Below are positions 1-12,970 of a stretch of DNA of 64,000 bases, piece after piece (positions within the stretch are counted from its first letter, which is position 1; each line of letters starts with the position of its first letter). The DNA comes from Basidiobolus meristosporus CBS 931.73 (lineage: Eukaryota; Fungi; Basidiobolomycota), in contig MCFE01000379.1 in the NCBI GenBank assembly GCA_002104905.1, positions 20,254 to 84,253 of the forward strand, in the 5' to 3' direction. The translations under genes were made by a program, and so were the position numbers. The notes under the pieces are model-generated. The model did no database searches. It was not told the origin of the DNA and saw only the letters and a list, made by a program, of their open reading frames with translations.

Positions 1-169
1 CTTTGCACATATGTTCTTGGGACCTCCCTTAGCCTATTCTTTGTGTTTGTAATGCCAAGATCAGGTTAAAGTATAAATACTACTTTCACATTCAAAAATC
101 ATTGAGTGAAAACCACATAATCTACTTGTTCTCCCAATCACTTCCAATATCTCCAAGACTTTTACAACA

Positions 170-183
170 GGTTATGAGCCCCA
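170..183 (+). promoter_or_regulatory. Primer-binding site of the copia family (GGTTATGAGCCCCA); also at 11452-11464 (-) and 55888-55900 (+)
   Basis: Directly abuts the LTR-terminal CA in three copies and resembles the GGTTATGGGCCCAG PBS of Drosophila copia-type elements. The gag ATG lies inside it. Confidence 0.8.
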
Positions 184-1689
184 AGCTGTCACTCTCTGCA
201 ATGTCTACTACTGCTATTACTAGAATTTTTCCCTCTACTGAAAAGCTGGATGGATCTAACTACCAAGTGTGGAAGGTGAAGATGAAGATGCTGCTACAAG
301 AAAGAGGCCTTTGGGATATTTTCATGGTAGAAGAATGCCCTCCCAAAACCATGGGAGAGGAAGCCTTAAAGTACCAGAAAAAAGAACAAAGTGCCTTTAA
401 CTGCATTTGCCTTAATGTTAAGGACAAGTTGCTAATTCAATGCTCAAGAGCAAAAATGGCAAAGGATGCCTGAAGGGCATTAGAAGACACCAACCAGTCA
501 TGTTCAGCTGCTAAGAAAATGTATCTGAGACAAAACTTCCTTACTACAAAGATGCTGCCAGGAGAAGAAATGAAAATTTTAATTAACAGAATTACCTTGC
601 TGGTAGATGAAATGGAATCTGTGGGTGTACCAATTACTGATGAGGATTTCATAGTTACCATCCTGAATAGCCTGACAGACAAGTTTCAGGGTCTTGTATC
701 AGCCCTAGGGTTCAGAACTGAAGATTTGACCTTAAATTATGTATATGGAAGGCTCCTGGATGAAGAATTAAGAAAATCAAGCACCAATAAGAAGGAAGAA
801 GAAAATGCTTTAATAAGCAATGATAACCAACAAAGGTGGTACCCAAGACCCTACAAAGGCAACGGCAACCTGTTTTGCAACTACTTCAAAAGGAAAGGAC
901 ACACATCAGACCAGTGCTTCAAAAAGCAAGATAGTCAGCAGAAAAAGCCTGAATATGGAAATGCTGCAACAACTGAAGATAGACTATTCATATCTGCACT
1001 AAATATGACCACAAACAAGGATTTTCAGGCGTTGTATATTGACTCTGGAGCATCTTAACACTTTACACACCAAAAAGAAGTTTTCACCCAATATCAAGAT
1101 ATTCCAATTAAGAAGGTTTTCATGGGTGACAATATAACACTTAATGCAGTGGGAGAAGGAACTGTCCAAGTAAACCTAAGAAGCAGTGAAGGAAGCCATA
1201 CACTAACTTTCAAAGAATTACTCTTTGTGCCAGAAATAGCCAAGAACCTACTATCTGTAAGCAAGGCCACTGCAGAAGGACTCACTTTCAGCTTTGACAA
1301 TTCTGGATGCAAGATCACTGATCAAAATGGTGCCCATATTGCTTTGGGTATCAGAGATCAGAATCTGTACAAGTTGACTTATATTCCTTCATATCTGGAA
1401 GCCAATATAAGTAACTTAAATGAAGAAACACCAATGCTTTGGCACAGGAGATTTGGGCACATCAATTTTGATCATTTGCACAAAATGATCAAAGATTAGC
1501 TAATTTCTGGAGTAAAAATTGATCCCCCAGCTAATTTGGAGCTTTGTGGAGCCTGCATATATGGAAAACATGCCAGACAACTGTTCAAGATCTCTGGTTG
1601 ATCAAAACTAAGAAAAAATTATATCTAATTCACTCAGATTTGTGTGGACCTAGGCAAAATTTATCCTTAGGCAGGATGAAGTATTTAAT

Positions 1690-1900
1690 AGACTTGTTCC
1701 ATCATTCCAGCTGATCATAGTGCCCAATAGTGCCATAGCATGCCAGATGGTGCCTGATCATGCCACACAGTGCCAGATGGTGCCATACAGTGCCAATTTG
1801 GGATCAAAATTGACATGCATATGACCCTAAAATATTAAGTCAATAACAAAATATACAGCACTTTCTGGCACTATGATCAATGGCACAATGGAACCAGTCT
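1690..1900. mobile_element. 211-bp MITE-like insertion inside the copia integrase
   Basis: 13-bp TIRs AGACTTGTTCCAT / ATGGAACCAGTCT (1 mismatch) and AAT duplicated on both sides (1687-1689, 1901-1903). The empty site TATTTAATCAC is seen in the intact-site copy (revcomp near 9940-9950). Confidence 0.85.
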
Positions 1901-2766
1901 AATCACTTTTATTGATGATTATACAAGATACACATGGGTTGACTTCATGGAGAGAAAGGAAGAAGCTCTGTCTAAATTCAGGGAGTTTAAAGCCATGGTG
2001 GAGAGAGAAACTGGTGAAAAAATCAAGAAAATGTGCTCTGACAATGGTGGAGAATATGCCTCAAACTCTTTGTCTACTTCTGCAAAATTCATGGGATAAA
2101 GCAAAAGACTACTGTTCCATACTCCCCACAGCAAAATGGAGTAGTAGAACATGGTAACAGATCAATAATTCATATGGCAAGATCTATGATCCATGATCAA
2201 AAATTATCCTATGATTTTTGGGCGGAATCAGTTGCCACAGCTGTATACCTTAAAAATAGGAGTTAAAATAGATACTTTGTGATTCTACTCCATTTGAAGC
2301 ATGGTATGGATACAGACCAAGTGCAGAACATCTAAGAATATCTGGGTGCACAGCGTATGCCAAGAAACTGCCAGAAAATCAGTCAAAATTTAAGCCAAAA
2401 AGTGTAAAATGCATATTTTTGGGTTACTGCAATGAGAGTAACGCATACAGACTCTGCAATACCAAAGCAAAGAAGCTAATCAAGTCCAGGGATGTGTTGT
2501 TTGATGAAAATTCAAAATTTTCACCAAAAATGATATCAGATGATGACAAAAATCTCATCCCAAGTCCATCAATTGTCAGGATTGAATTAGAGAAAAACAA
2601 TGAAAATTTTTTCACTCCAGAGGACTCTGCAACTGTGGTTCAGCCAGAATCAGTGCCCAGGAATATCCCAGAAGTGATCATTCCAGTATCAAATGCCTGG
2701 AGATCCAATTGGACAAGCAATAGCCCAAATTACTTTATCAATGAGAGTACAAACTTAGCCTATGCC

Positions 2767-3293
2767 TGTTATGAATAGACACAAGGCAGGAGAGTAGAGC
2801 TAGGCAAGGCATGACCAGGAAAGGACTTAGGTGTGGATCAAAAAGGCAAGGCGGATTTCCAAGGCAAGGCTGTTTATTCAAGACCTGTGTTTATCAGACT
2901 GAGGAATACTTAAGGGGGGATAGGACTATATATACTTTTTGGTTACACTGATGCCGATAGATATTGGCTAATATTAATGGGGTTGTGGGGTGAGGCACAG
3001 CAATGTGCTGGGGATAATAATATAGAAGGCAAGGCACTGTGACAGGATGGGGAAATGGATTGGGTCACCTGATCATGTGACTAAGTCATGTGACCTGGTA
3101 TTTCCATATATGGAACTGGACTATGAAAAATATGATGGGAAGCTTCCATGGAATGTTCCATTGTGTAACAATGGTTTGGAATGGTCAGGAACTTTCTGGA
3201 AGGTGGTAGAAGGTTCCAGAAGGAATCTCTTAGAAATTGAACTAGGAAGCTCAAATTGGCATGGGTGTTCATGATTGTCATGTGATCATGACA
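2767..3293 (-). mobile_element. 527-bp solo LTR of an unrelated family inserted in copia pol
   Basis: Ends TGTTATGA...TCATGACA with 5-bp TSD ATGCC (2762-2766, 3294-3298). Removing it restores TATGCCTATTCAGTC, as in other copies. Orientation is inferred only from TATA/AATAAA-like motifs on the minus strand. Confidence 0.85.
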
Positions 3294-4896
3294 ATGCCTA
3301 TTCAGTCCATATTGATGAGCCCCAGTCTGTAAAAGAGGCCCTCAACAGCCCTCAGACAAAGTTTTGGAGATCTGCAATGACTGAGGAATATCAGGCCCTG
3401 ATGGAAAATCAAACTTGGGACTTATTCAAATTACCAATCAACAAAAAATCAATGGATGCAGATGGGTCTTCAAGACAAAATACAAGGCTGATAGTTCAAT
3501 TGAAAGATACAAAGCAAGACTTGTAGTCAGAGGATACTCTCAAACAAAAGGACTTGACTATACTGAGACCTTTGCACCATTAGCCAAGTTTAGTTCCAAC
3601 AGATTAATATTGGCTTTTGCAGCCAAATATAAGTTTTTTATTCGTCAAATGGATTTAAAAACTGCATTTTGAATGGAGAACTTGATGAGGACATGCATAT
3701 GGACCAGCCTGATGGGCTTGTTGACCAAGATAACACTCATTTGGTCTGCAAGCTTGAAAAGTCACTATATGGTCTCAAACAATCACCAAGAGCCTGGAAT
3801 TGCAAGATAGATTTTTATTTGGAATCTTTGAGTTTCAAAAGGAGTAATGCTGGCTATTGTATATACTATAAGCCAGATGGAGCAAATCCAGTTCTATTAG
3901 CTCTATATGTGGATGATCTTATTATAGCTGCTAATAACCCAGAAGCATTGGAAGTGACTAAATCCAGCCTATCTAAGGAGTTCAAGATGTCCAATCTAGG
4001 AGAACCTAATTACTACTTAGGGATTAAGTTCTCCATTGACAGAAGTACCCAGACTATCTCCCTAAGCCAATCCAAGTATATTCAAGATATACTAAAGAAG
4101 TACAAAATGGAAGACTGTAAACCAGCAGCTACCCCAAAGGAGACAACCCTTAACTTGGGCAAAACTCAACCAAATCAAAAGAGCTTGGTGCCATCTGAAA
4201 GCTCTGACTTTCCTTATCAATCTATGGTTGGCAGTCTGATGTATATCATGCTTGGATCACGTCCAGATAACTCATATTGAGTGGGAGTTGTCAGCCAACA
4301 TAATCAGAACTATGGATCTGATCATATTGCAGCAGTTAAGCAGATTTTTAGATACCTAAAAGGAACTGCTGATATCTGCTTAAGATACACTTAGAAGGAT
4401 TCAGAACAGGATCCTGTGGGATACTCTGATGCTAATTGGGACAAAATTTAGAAGACAGAAGATCCACCACAAGACAAACCTTTCTTTACTGTAAAGGAGC
4501 AATTTCATGGAATTCAAGAAAGCAACCAACCGTAGCACTTTCTACCACAGAGGCAGAGTATATAGCAGCCTGTGATGCTACATAAGAAGCAATGTGGTTA
4601 AGAAAGCTCTTTGCAGATTTAGGCCTATGTCAAAAAATGCCTATTACTTTATTTCAAGATAATCAAGGATGTATACAATTAGGTAGAAATCCTACTGTTC
4701 ATGCATGAACCAAGCACATAGATATTAGACATCATTTCATATGTGAAGCTATAGAGAATAACTTAGTTAGCTTAGCTTACTATCCTACAGATGCAATGAT
4801 TGCAGACATATTTGCCAAACCATTAGCTAGAGACAAGTTTGAATATCTTAGGTCAAAATTAGGACTAGTCACTATGAGCATTTAGCTGAGCAGGGG

Positions 4897-5245
4897 TGTT
4901 GTAAAAATTTGTATTTCCACCTAAATATTCACCTAACCTAGTCACTTAGATCATCACCTTCAAATCCCAGAGAATACTGACCAAATTCCTTGTTGGGATT
5001 TACTTAGAATATTTTCACCAAAATACCAGGTACCAAGAACATGAAAATTCTCAAAGTTGTCCAAACAACCCCAAACTCTGCACACAGGTACTTGGGACCT
5101 TTCTTAACCTATTCTACATGCTTGTAATGCCAAGACCAGGTAAAAGTATAAATACTACTTTTACATTCAATAAATCATTAAGTGAAAACCACATAATCTA
5201 CTTGTTCTCCCAATAACTTCCAATATCTCCAAGACTTTTACAACA
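4897..5245 (+). repeat. 349-bp copia LTR (3' LTR of copy A)
   Basis: TG...CA ends, preceded by the polypurine-like GCTGAGCAGGGG; similar to the other LTRs in the window. Confidence 0.95.
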
Positions 5246-7130
5246 TCAATGAGGGTACAAACTTAGCCTATGCCTATTCAGTCTATATAGATGAGCCCCA
5301 GACTGTAAAAGAGGCCCTCAATAGCCCTCAGACAAAGTTTTGGAGGTCTGCAATGACTGAGGAATATCAGGCTCTGATGGAAAATCAAAATTGGGACCTT
5401 GTCAAATTACCAATCAACCAGAAATCAATTGGATGCAGACAGGTCTTCAAGACAAAATACAAGGCTAATGGTACAATTGAATGATACAAAGCAAGACTTG
5501 TGGCCAAAGGATACTCTCAAACAAAAGGACTTGACTATACTGTGACCTTTGCACCAGTAGCCAAGTTGAGTTCCATTATATTAGTATTGGATATTGCAGC
5601 CAAATATAAGTTTTTTATTCATCAAATGGATTTAAAAACTACATTTTTGAATGGAGAACTTGATGAGGACATGCATATGGACCAGCCTGATGGGTTTGTT
5701 GACCAAGATAACCCCCATTTGGTCTGCAAGCTTAATAAATCTCTATATGGTCTGAAAAAATCACTGACAGCCTGGAATTGCAAAATAGATTTTGATTTGG
5801 AATCTTTGAGTTTTAAAAGGATTGATGCTGACTATAGTATATACTCTAAGCCAGATAGAGCAAATGCAGTCCTGTTAGCTCTATATGTGGATGATCTTAT
5901 TATAGCAGCCAATAACCTAGCAATATTGGAAGAGACTAGTTCCAGCCTATGTAAGGAGTTCAAGATGTCCAATCTAGGAGAACTCAATTACTACTTAGGG
6001 TGAGAGTCTGGATATTTCTATCTATGGAGAACTTTATCCCTGAGCCAATTCAAGTAAATTCAAGACATACTAAAGAAGTACAAAATGGAAGACTGTAAAC
6101 CAGCAGCTACCCCAATGGAGACAAACCTTAACTTGGTCAAAACTCAACTAAATCAAGAGCGCTTAGTGTCATCCAAAAGCCCTGACTTTCCTTATCAATC
6201 TATGATTGGCAGTCTGATGTATATCATGCTTTGAACATGTCCAGATATTTCATATTCAGTGGGAGTTCTCAGCCAGCATAATCTAAACTCTGGATGTGAT
6301 TGTATTGCAGCAGTTAAGCATACTTTAGATACCTAAAAGGTACTGCTGATATCTGCTTGAGATACACTTGTAAGGATTCAGAACAAGATCTTGTGGGATA
6401 CTCTGATGCTAATTATGGACAAGATTTGGAAGACAGAAGATCCACCACAGGATACACCTTTTCTTACTGTAAAGGAGCAATTTTATGCAATTCAAGAAAG
6501 CAGCCAACCGTAGCACTTTCCACCACAGTGGCAGAATATATGGCAGCCTGTGAAGCTACAAAAGAAGCAATGTGGTTAAGAAAGCTTTTTACAGATTTAG
6601 GCCTATATCAAAACATGGCTATTAATTAATTCAAGGTAATTAAGGATGTATACAATTAGGTAGAAATCCAACTTGTCATGCTAGAACTAAGCACATAAAT
6701 ATCAGACATCATTTCATGCAAGAAGCTATAGAGAACAGCTTAGTTAACTTAGTTTACTGTTCCCCATATGATAATGATTGCAGACATATTTACCAAACCA
6801 TTAGCTAAAGACAAGTTTGAGTATCTTAGGTCAAAATTAGGACTAGTCAGTATGAACATTTAGCTGAGTGGGAGTGTTGTAAAAATTTGTATTTCCACCT
6901 AAATATTCATCTTACTTAGTCACCTAGATCATTACCTTCAAATCCTATAGAATGCTGACCAAAATCCTTATTGGAACTTACTTAGAATATTTTCATCAAA
7001 ATACCAGGTACCAGAACATGAAAATTCTCAAAGTTGTCCAAACAGCCCCAAACTTTGCACACATGCTCTTGGGACCTTTCTTAGCTTATTCTATGTGCTT
7101 GTTATGCCAAGAGCATGTAGAAGTATAAAT

Positions 7131-10100
7131 TGTTGTAAGAGTCTTGGAGATATTGGAAGTGATTTGGAGGACAAGTAGATTATGTGGTTTTCACTTATTG
7201 ATTTATTGAATGTAAAAGTAGTATTTATACTTTTACCTGGTCTTGGCATTACAAACATGTAGAATTGGTTAAGGAAGGTCCCAAGAACATGTGTGCAAAG
7301 TTTGGGGCTGTTTGGACAACTTTGAGAATTTTCATGTTCTGGGTACCTGGTATTTTGGTGAAAATATTCTAAGTAAATCCCGACAAGGAATTTGGTCAGT
7401 ATTCTCTAGGATTTAAAGGTGATGATCTAAGTGACTAAGTTAGGTGAATATTTAGGTGGAAATACAAATTTTTACAACACTCCCACTCAGCTAAATGTTC
7501 ATACTGACTAGTCCTAATTTTGACCTAAGATATTCAAACTTGTCTCTAGCTAATGGTTTGGTAAATATGTCTGCAATCATTTCATCTGTAGAACAGTAAA
7601 CTAAGCTAACTAAGTTTCTCTCTATAGCTTCACGTATGAAATGATGTCTAATATCTATGTGCTTGGTTCTAGCATGAAAAGTTGGATTTCTACCTAGTTG
7701 TATACATCCTTGATTATCTTGAAATAAAGTAATAGGCGTTTTTTGACATAGGCCTAAATCTGCAAAGAGCTTTCTTAACCACATTGCTTCTTTTGTAGCT
7801 TCACAGGCTGCCATATACTCTGCCTCTGTAGTAGAAAGTGCTACAGTTGGTTGCTTTCTTGAATTCCATGAAATGGCTCCTTTACAGTAAAGAAAGGTGT
7901 ATCCTGTGGTGGATCTTCTGTCTTCTAAATTTTGTCCCCAATCAGCATCAGAGTATCCCACAAGATCCTGTTCTGAATCCTTATAAGTGTATTTTAAGCA
8001 GATATCAGCAGCTCCTTTTGGTATCTAAAAATCTGCTTAACGCTGCAATATGATCAGATCCATAATTCTGATTATGTTGGCTGACAACTCCCACTGAATA
8101 TGAGATATCTGGACGTGTTCCAAGCATGATATACATCAGACTGCCGATCATAGATTGATAAGGAAAGTCAGGGCTTTTGGATGACACTAAGCGCTCTTGA
8201 TTTAGTTGAGTTTTGACCAAGTTAAGGTTTGTCTCCATTGGGGTAGCTGCCGGTTTACAGTCTTCCATTTTGTACTTCTTTAGTATATCTTGAATATACT
8301 TGGATTGGCTTAGGGTTATAGTCTGGGTACTTCTGTCAATGGAGAACTTAATCCCTAAGTAGTAATTAGGTTCTCCTAGATTGGACATCATGAACTCCTT
8401 AGATAGGCTGGATTTAGTCACTTCCAATGCTTCTAGGTTATTGGCAGCTATAATAAGATCATCCACATATAGAGCTAATAGAACTGGATTTGCTCTATCT
8501 GGCTTATAGTATATACTATAGTCAGCATTACTCCTTTTGAAACTCAAAAATTCCAAATATGAATCTATCTTGCAATTCCAGGCTCTTGGTGATTGTTTGA
8601 GACCATATAGTGACTTTTTAAGCTTGCAGACCAAATGGGGGTTATCTTGGTCAACAAGCCCATCAGGCTGGTCCATATGCATGTCCTCATCAAGTTCTCC
8701 ATTCAAAAATGCAGTTTTTACATCCATTTGATGAATAAAAAACTTATATTTGGCTGCAATAGCCAATATTAATCTGATGGAATTAAACTTGGCTACCGGT
8801 GCAAAGGTCTCAGTATAGTCAAGTCCTTTTGTTTGAGAGTATCCTTTGGCTACAAGTCTTGCTTTGTATCTTTCAATTGTACCATCAGCCTTGTATTTTG
8901 TCTTGAAGACCCATCTGCATCCAATTGATTTTTGGTTGATTGGTAATTTGAATAAGTCCCAAGTTTGATTTTCCATCAGGGCCTGATATTCCTCAGTCAT
9001 TGCAGATCTCCAAAACTTCGTCTGAGGGCTATTTAGGGCCTCTTTTACAGTCTGGGGTTCATCCACATGGACTGAATAGGCATAGGCTAAGTTTGTACCC
9101 TCATTAATATAGTAATTTGGGCTATTTCTTGTCCGATTTGATCTCCAGGCATTTGATACTGGAATGATCACTTCTGGGATATTCCTGGGCACTGATTCTG
9201 GCTGAACCATGGTTGTAGAGTCCTCTGGAGTGAAAAAATTTTCATTGTTTTGCTCTGATTCAATCCTGACAAATGGTGGACTTGAGATCAAATTTTCGTC
9301 ATCATCTGATGTCATTTTTTGTGAAAATTTTGAATTTTCCTCAAACAACACATCCCTGGACTTGATAAGCTTCTTTTCTTTGGTATTGTAGAGTCTGTAT
9401 GCCTTACTCTCATTGCAGTAGCCCAAAAATATGCATTTTACACTTTTGGGCTCAAATTTTGACTGATTTCCGGCCAGTTTTTTTGGCATATGCTGTGCAC
9501 CCAAATATTCTTAGATGTTCTGCACTTGGTCTGTATCCATACCATGCTTCAAATGGAGTAGAATCATGAAGTATTCTGCTATAACTCCTATTTTTAAGGT
9601 ATACAGCAGTGGCAACTGATTCCGCCCAAAAATCATAGGATAATTTTTGATCATGGATCATAGATCTTCCATATCAATTATTGATCTGTTAGCTTGTTCT
9701 GCTACTCCATTTTGCTGTGGGGAGTATGGTACAGTAGTCTCTTGCTTTATCCCATGAATTTTGCAGAAGTGGATGAAGAGTTTTGAGGTATATTGTCCAC
9801 CATTGTCAGAGCGTATTTTCTTGATTTTTTCACCAGTTTCTCTCTCCACCATGGCTTTAAACTCCCTGAGCTTAGACAGAGCTTCTTCCTTTCTCTCCAT
9901 GAAGTAGACCCATGTGTATCTTGTATAATCATCAATAAAAGTGATTAAATACTTCATCCCGCCTAAGGATAAATTTTGCATAGGTCCACACAGATCTGAG
10001 TGAATTAAATCTAATTTTTTCTTAGTTTTGATTAACCCAGAGCTCTTGAACGGTTGTCTGGCTTGTTTCCCATTTATACAGGCTTCACAGTGCTCCAAAT

Positions 10101-11813
10101 TAGCTGGGGGATCAATTTTCACTCCAGAAATTAGCTGATCTTAGATCATTTTAAGCAAATAATCAAAATTGATGTGCCCAAATCTCCTGTGCCAAAGCAT
10201 TGGTGTTTCTTCATTTAAGTTACTTATATTGGCTTCCAGATATGATGGAATATAAGTCAACTTGTATAGATTCTGATCTCTGATGCCCGAAGCAATATGA
10301 GCACCATTTTGATCAGTGATCCTGCATCCAGAATTGTCAAAACTGAAACTAAGTCCTTCTGCTGTGGCCTTGCTTACAGAGAGTAGGTTCTTGGCTATTT
10401 CTGGTACATAGAGTACTTCTTTAAAGGTCAGTATATGGCTTCCTTCACTGCTTCTAAGGTTTACTTGGATAGTTCCTTCTCCCACTGCATCAAGTGTTCT
10501 ATTGTCACCCATGAAAACCTTCTTAATTGGAATTTCTTGATATTGGGTAAAAAGTTCTTTTTGGTGTGTAAAGTGTTGAGAAGCTCCAGAGTCAATATAC
10601 CATGTCTGAGAATCCTTATTTGTGGTCATATTTAGTGCAGATATGAATAGTCTATCTTCAGTTGTTGCAGCATTTCCATATTCAGGCTTCTTTTGCTGAT
10701 AATCTCTCTTTTTGAAACACCAGTCTGATGTGTGTCCTTTCCTTTTGCAGTAGTTGCAAAATAGGTTGTTGTTGCCTTTGTAGGGTCTTGGGTACCTCCT
10801 TTGTTGGTTATCATTGCTTATTAAAGCATTTTCTTCTTCCTTCTTATTGGCGCTTGATTTTCTTAATTCCTCATCCAGGAGCCTTCCATATACGTAATTT
10901 AAGGTTAAATCTTCAGTTCTGGACTCTAGGGCTGATACAAGGCCCTGAAACTCGTCTGTCAGGCTATTCAGGATGGTAACTATCACATCCTCATCAGTAG
11001 TTGGTACGCCCACAGATTCCATCTCATCTACCAGCAGGGTAATTCTGTTAATTAGATTTTTCATTTCTTCTCCTGGCAGCATCTTTGTAGTAAAGAATTT
11101 TCTTCTCAGATACATTTTCTTGGCAGCTGAACATGACTGGTAGGTGTCTTCTAATGCCTTCCAGGCATTCTTTGCCATTTTTGCTCTTGAGCATTGAATT
11201 AGCAATTTGTCCTTGACATTAAGGCAAATGCAGTTAAAGGCACTTTGTTCTTTCTTCTGGTACTTCAAGGCTTCCTCTCCCACGTTTTTAGGAGGGCATT
11301 CTTCTCCCATGACAATATCCCAAAGGCCTCTTTCTTGCAGCAGCATCTTCATCTTCACCTTCCACACTTGGTAGTTAGAGCCATCCAAGTTTTCAGCAGA
11401 GGGAAAAATTCCAGTAATAGCAGTAGTAGACATTGCAGAGAGTGACAGCTTGGGGCTCATAACCTGTTGTAAGAGTCTTGGAGATATTGGAAGTGATTTG
11501 GAGAACAAGTAGATTATGTGTTTTTCACTTAATGATTTATTGAATGTAAAAGTGGTATTTATACTTTTACCTGGTCTTGGCATTACAAACACGTAGAATA
11601 GATTAAGGAAGGTCCCAAGAACATGTGTGCAAAGTTTGGGGCTGTTTGGACAACTTTGAGAATTTTCATGTTCTGGGTACCTGGTATTTTGGTGAAAATA
11701 TTCTAAGTAAATCCCGACAAGGAATTTGGTCAGTATTCTCTAGGATTTGAAGGTGATGATCTAAGTGACTAAGTTAGGTGAATATTTAGGTGGAAATACG
11801 AATTTTTACAACA
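7131..11813 (-). mobile_element. Full-length 4,683-bp Ty1/copia copy C with both LTRs and TSD
   Basis: LTRs at 7131-7479 and 11465-11813 (349 bp each, about 9 mismatches by eye); TSD TAAAT at 7126-7130 and 11814-11818; PBS 11452-11464; PPT at 7480-7491. Confidence 0.97.
7491..11460 (-). pseudogene. gag-PR-IN-RT-RNaseH polyprotein of copy C, disrupted
   Basis: ORFs 10141-11592, 9658-10122, 9452-9661, 8005-9504 and 7491-7961 carry all copia domains in order. There is an in-frame TAA at 10141 and 1-bp indels near 9668, 9480 and 8020-8040 relative to sister copies. Confidence 0.9.
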
Positions 11814-11910
11814 TAAATACTACTTTTACATTCAATAAATGATTAAGTGAAAACCACATAGTCTACTTGTTCTCCCAATCACTTCCAATATCTCTCAGAC
11901 TCTTACAAAA

Positions 11911-12970
11911 TAAAGGGTCTTGAGTATCTCCTTTGTTATTCACTGTTGCTTTTTAAAGCATTCATTCTTCCTTCTTATTGGCATTTGATTTTCTTGATTC
12001 TTTGTTCAGGAGCCTTCCATATTTGTAAGTTAAGGTCAAGTTTTTAGTTCTGGACTCTATGGCAGATATAAGGTCCTAAGACTAGCCTGTTAGGCTACTC
12101 AAGATAGTAACTAGCACATCCTCATCAATGAATACAATGCCTACAGATTCCTAGAGGTAATGTGGCAAAGAAAGCATTTTAGTGACTAGGCTCATGTAAA
12201 AAGCCCCTACTACACAGTTTTGAGATCATCAGGGAGGTATTTAATTTGATAGGAGTCCAACTATTCATGTTGTAACTAAGCATATAGATATTAGACATTG
12301 TTTCATATGTGAGGATATACTGAATAACTTGGTTAATTTAGTTTACAGTCCTACAGATGAAATGACTGCTGACAAATTTACTAAACCATTAGCCAGAGAC
12401 ATATTTGAATATTCCAGATCACAACTAGGACTAGTTGATATGATATATAGTTGAGTGGGACTGTTATACAAATTTGCAATTGCACCTAAATACTCACCTG
12501 ACTTGGTCACTTAGACCAATATCTGCAGATCTTAGAGAATTCTGAGCAAATTCCTAGTCAGGATTTACTTGGAATAATCTCACCAAAGCATCAGGGACCC
12601 AGAAAATGAAATTTTGTTAAGTTGACCAAACAACCCCAAACTTTTTAAACATGTTCCAAGGAGCTTCCCAAGCATATTCCAAGTGTTTGGTTTGCCAAGA
12701 TTATGTAACAGTATAAGTACTACTTTCACATTCAATGAGTCATTAAGTAAAAGCCACATAATCTACATATTCTCCCAATCACTTTCAATATCTCCAAGAC
12801 TCTTACAACTTGGACAACTAATCAATATTTCATGTTCTGGGTACCTGACATCTTGGTAAAAATATTCCAAGCCCAACATGGAGTTTGGGCAGAACTATCC
12901 CAGATCTGTAGGCAATGCTCTAAGTGACCAAGCTAGGTGAACATCAGCTGTATTTACAAAATTTACAACA
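11911..12970. mobile_element. Degenerate copia fragments (gag piece on -, RNase H end plus diverged LTR 12462-12809 on +, partial LTR on - ending 12970)
   Basis: Recognisable similarity to gag (ttcttccttcttattggc), the RNase H end (actaaaccattagccagagac) and LTR motifs. Confidence 0.75.

Larger units (their letters stand above)
1..5245 (+). mobile_element. Ty1/copia LTR retrotransposon copy A (degenerate; 5' LTR runs off the window start)
   Basis: LTR end ...TTTTACAACA at 169, PBS-like GGTTATGAGCCCC at 170, then gag (CX2CX4HX4C-like knuckle), protease (YIDSGAS), integrase, RT (LALYVDD) and RNase H pieces broken by stops and frameshifts. The 3' LTR is 4897-5245 (TGTTGTAA...TTTTACAACA). Confidence 0.95.
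5246..11910 (+). mobile_element. Older copia copy B (RT-RNaseH 5246-6874; 3' LTR split into 6875-7130 and 11819-11910) acting as host of copies A and C
   Basis: Pol sequence resumes right after the copy A LTR (TCAATGAGGGTACAAAC = NEGTN). The two LTR halves sum to about 348 bp. Confidence 0.85.

Noticed and set aside
10141-11592. ORF-track start at 11592 for gag; likewise starts at 102, 28042, 29495, 31154 and 52795
   Set aside because: These extend into LTR, UTR or intron sequence via alternative start codons; better-supported ATGs are given in the features.
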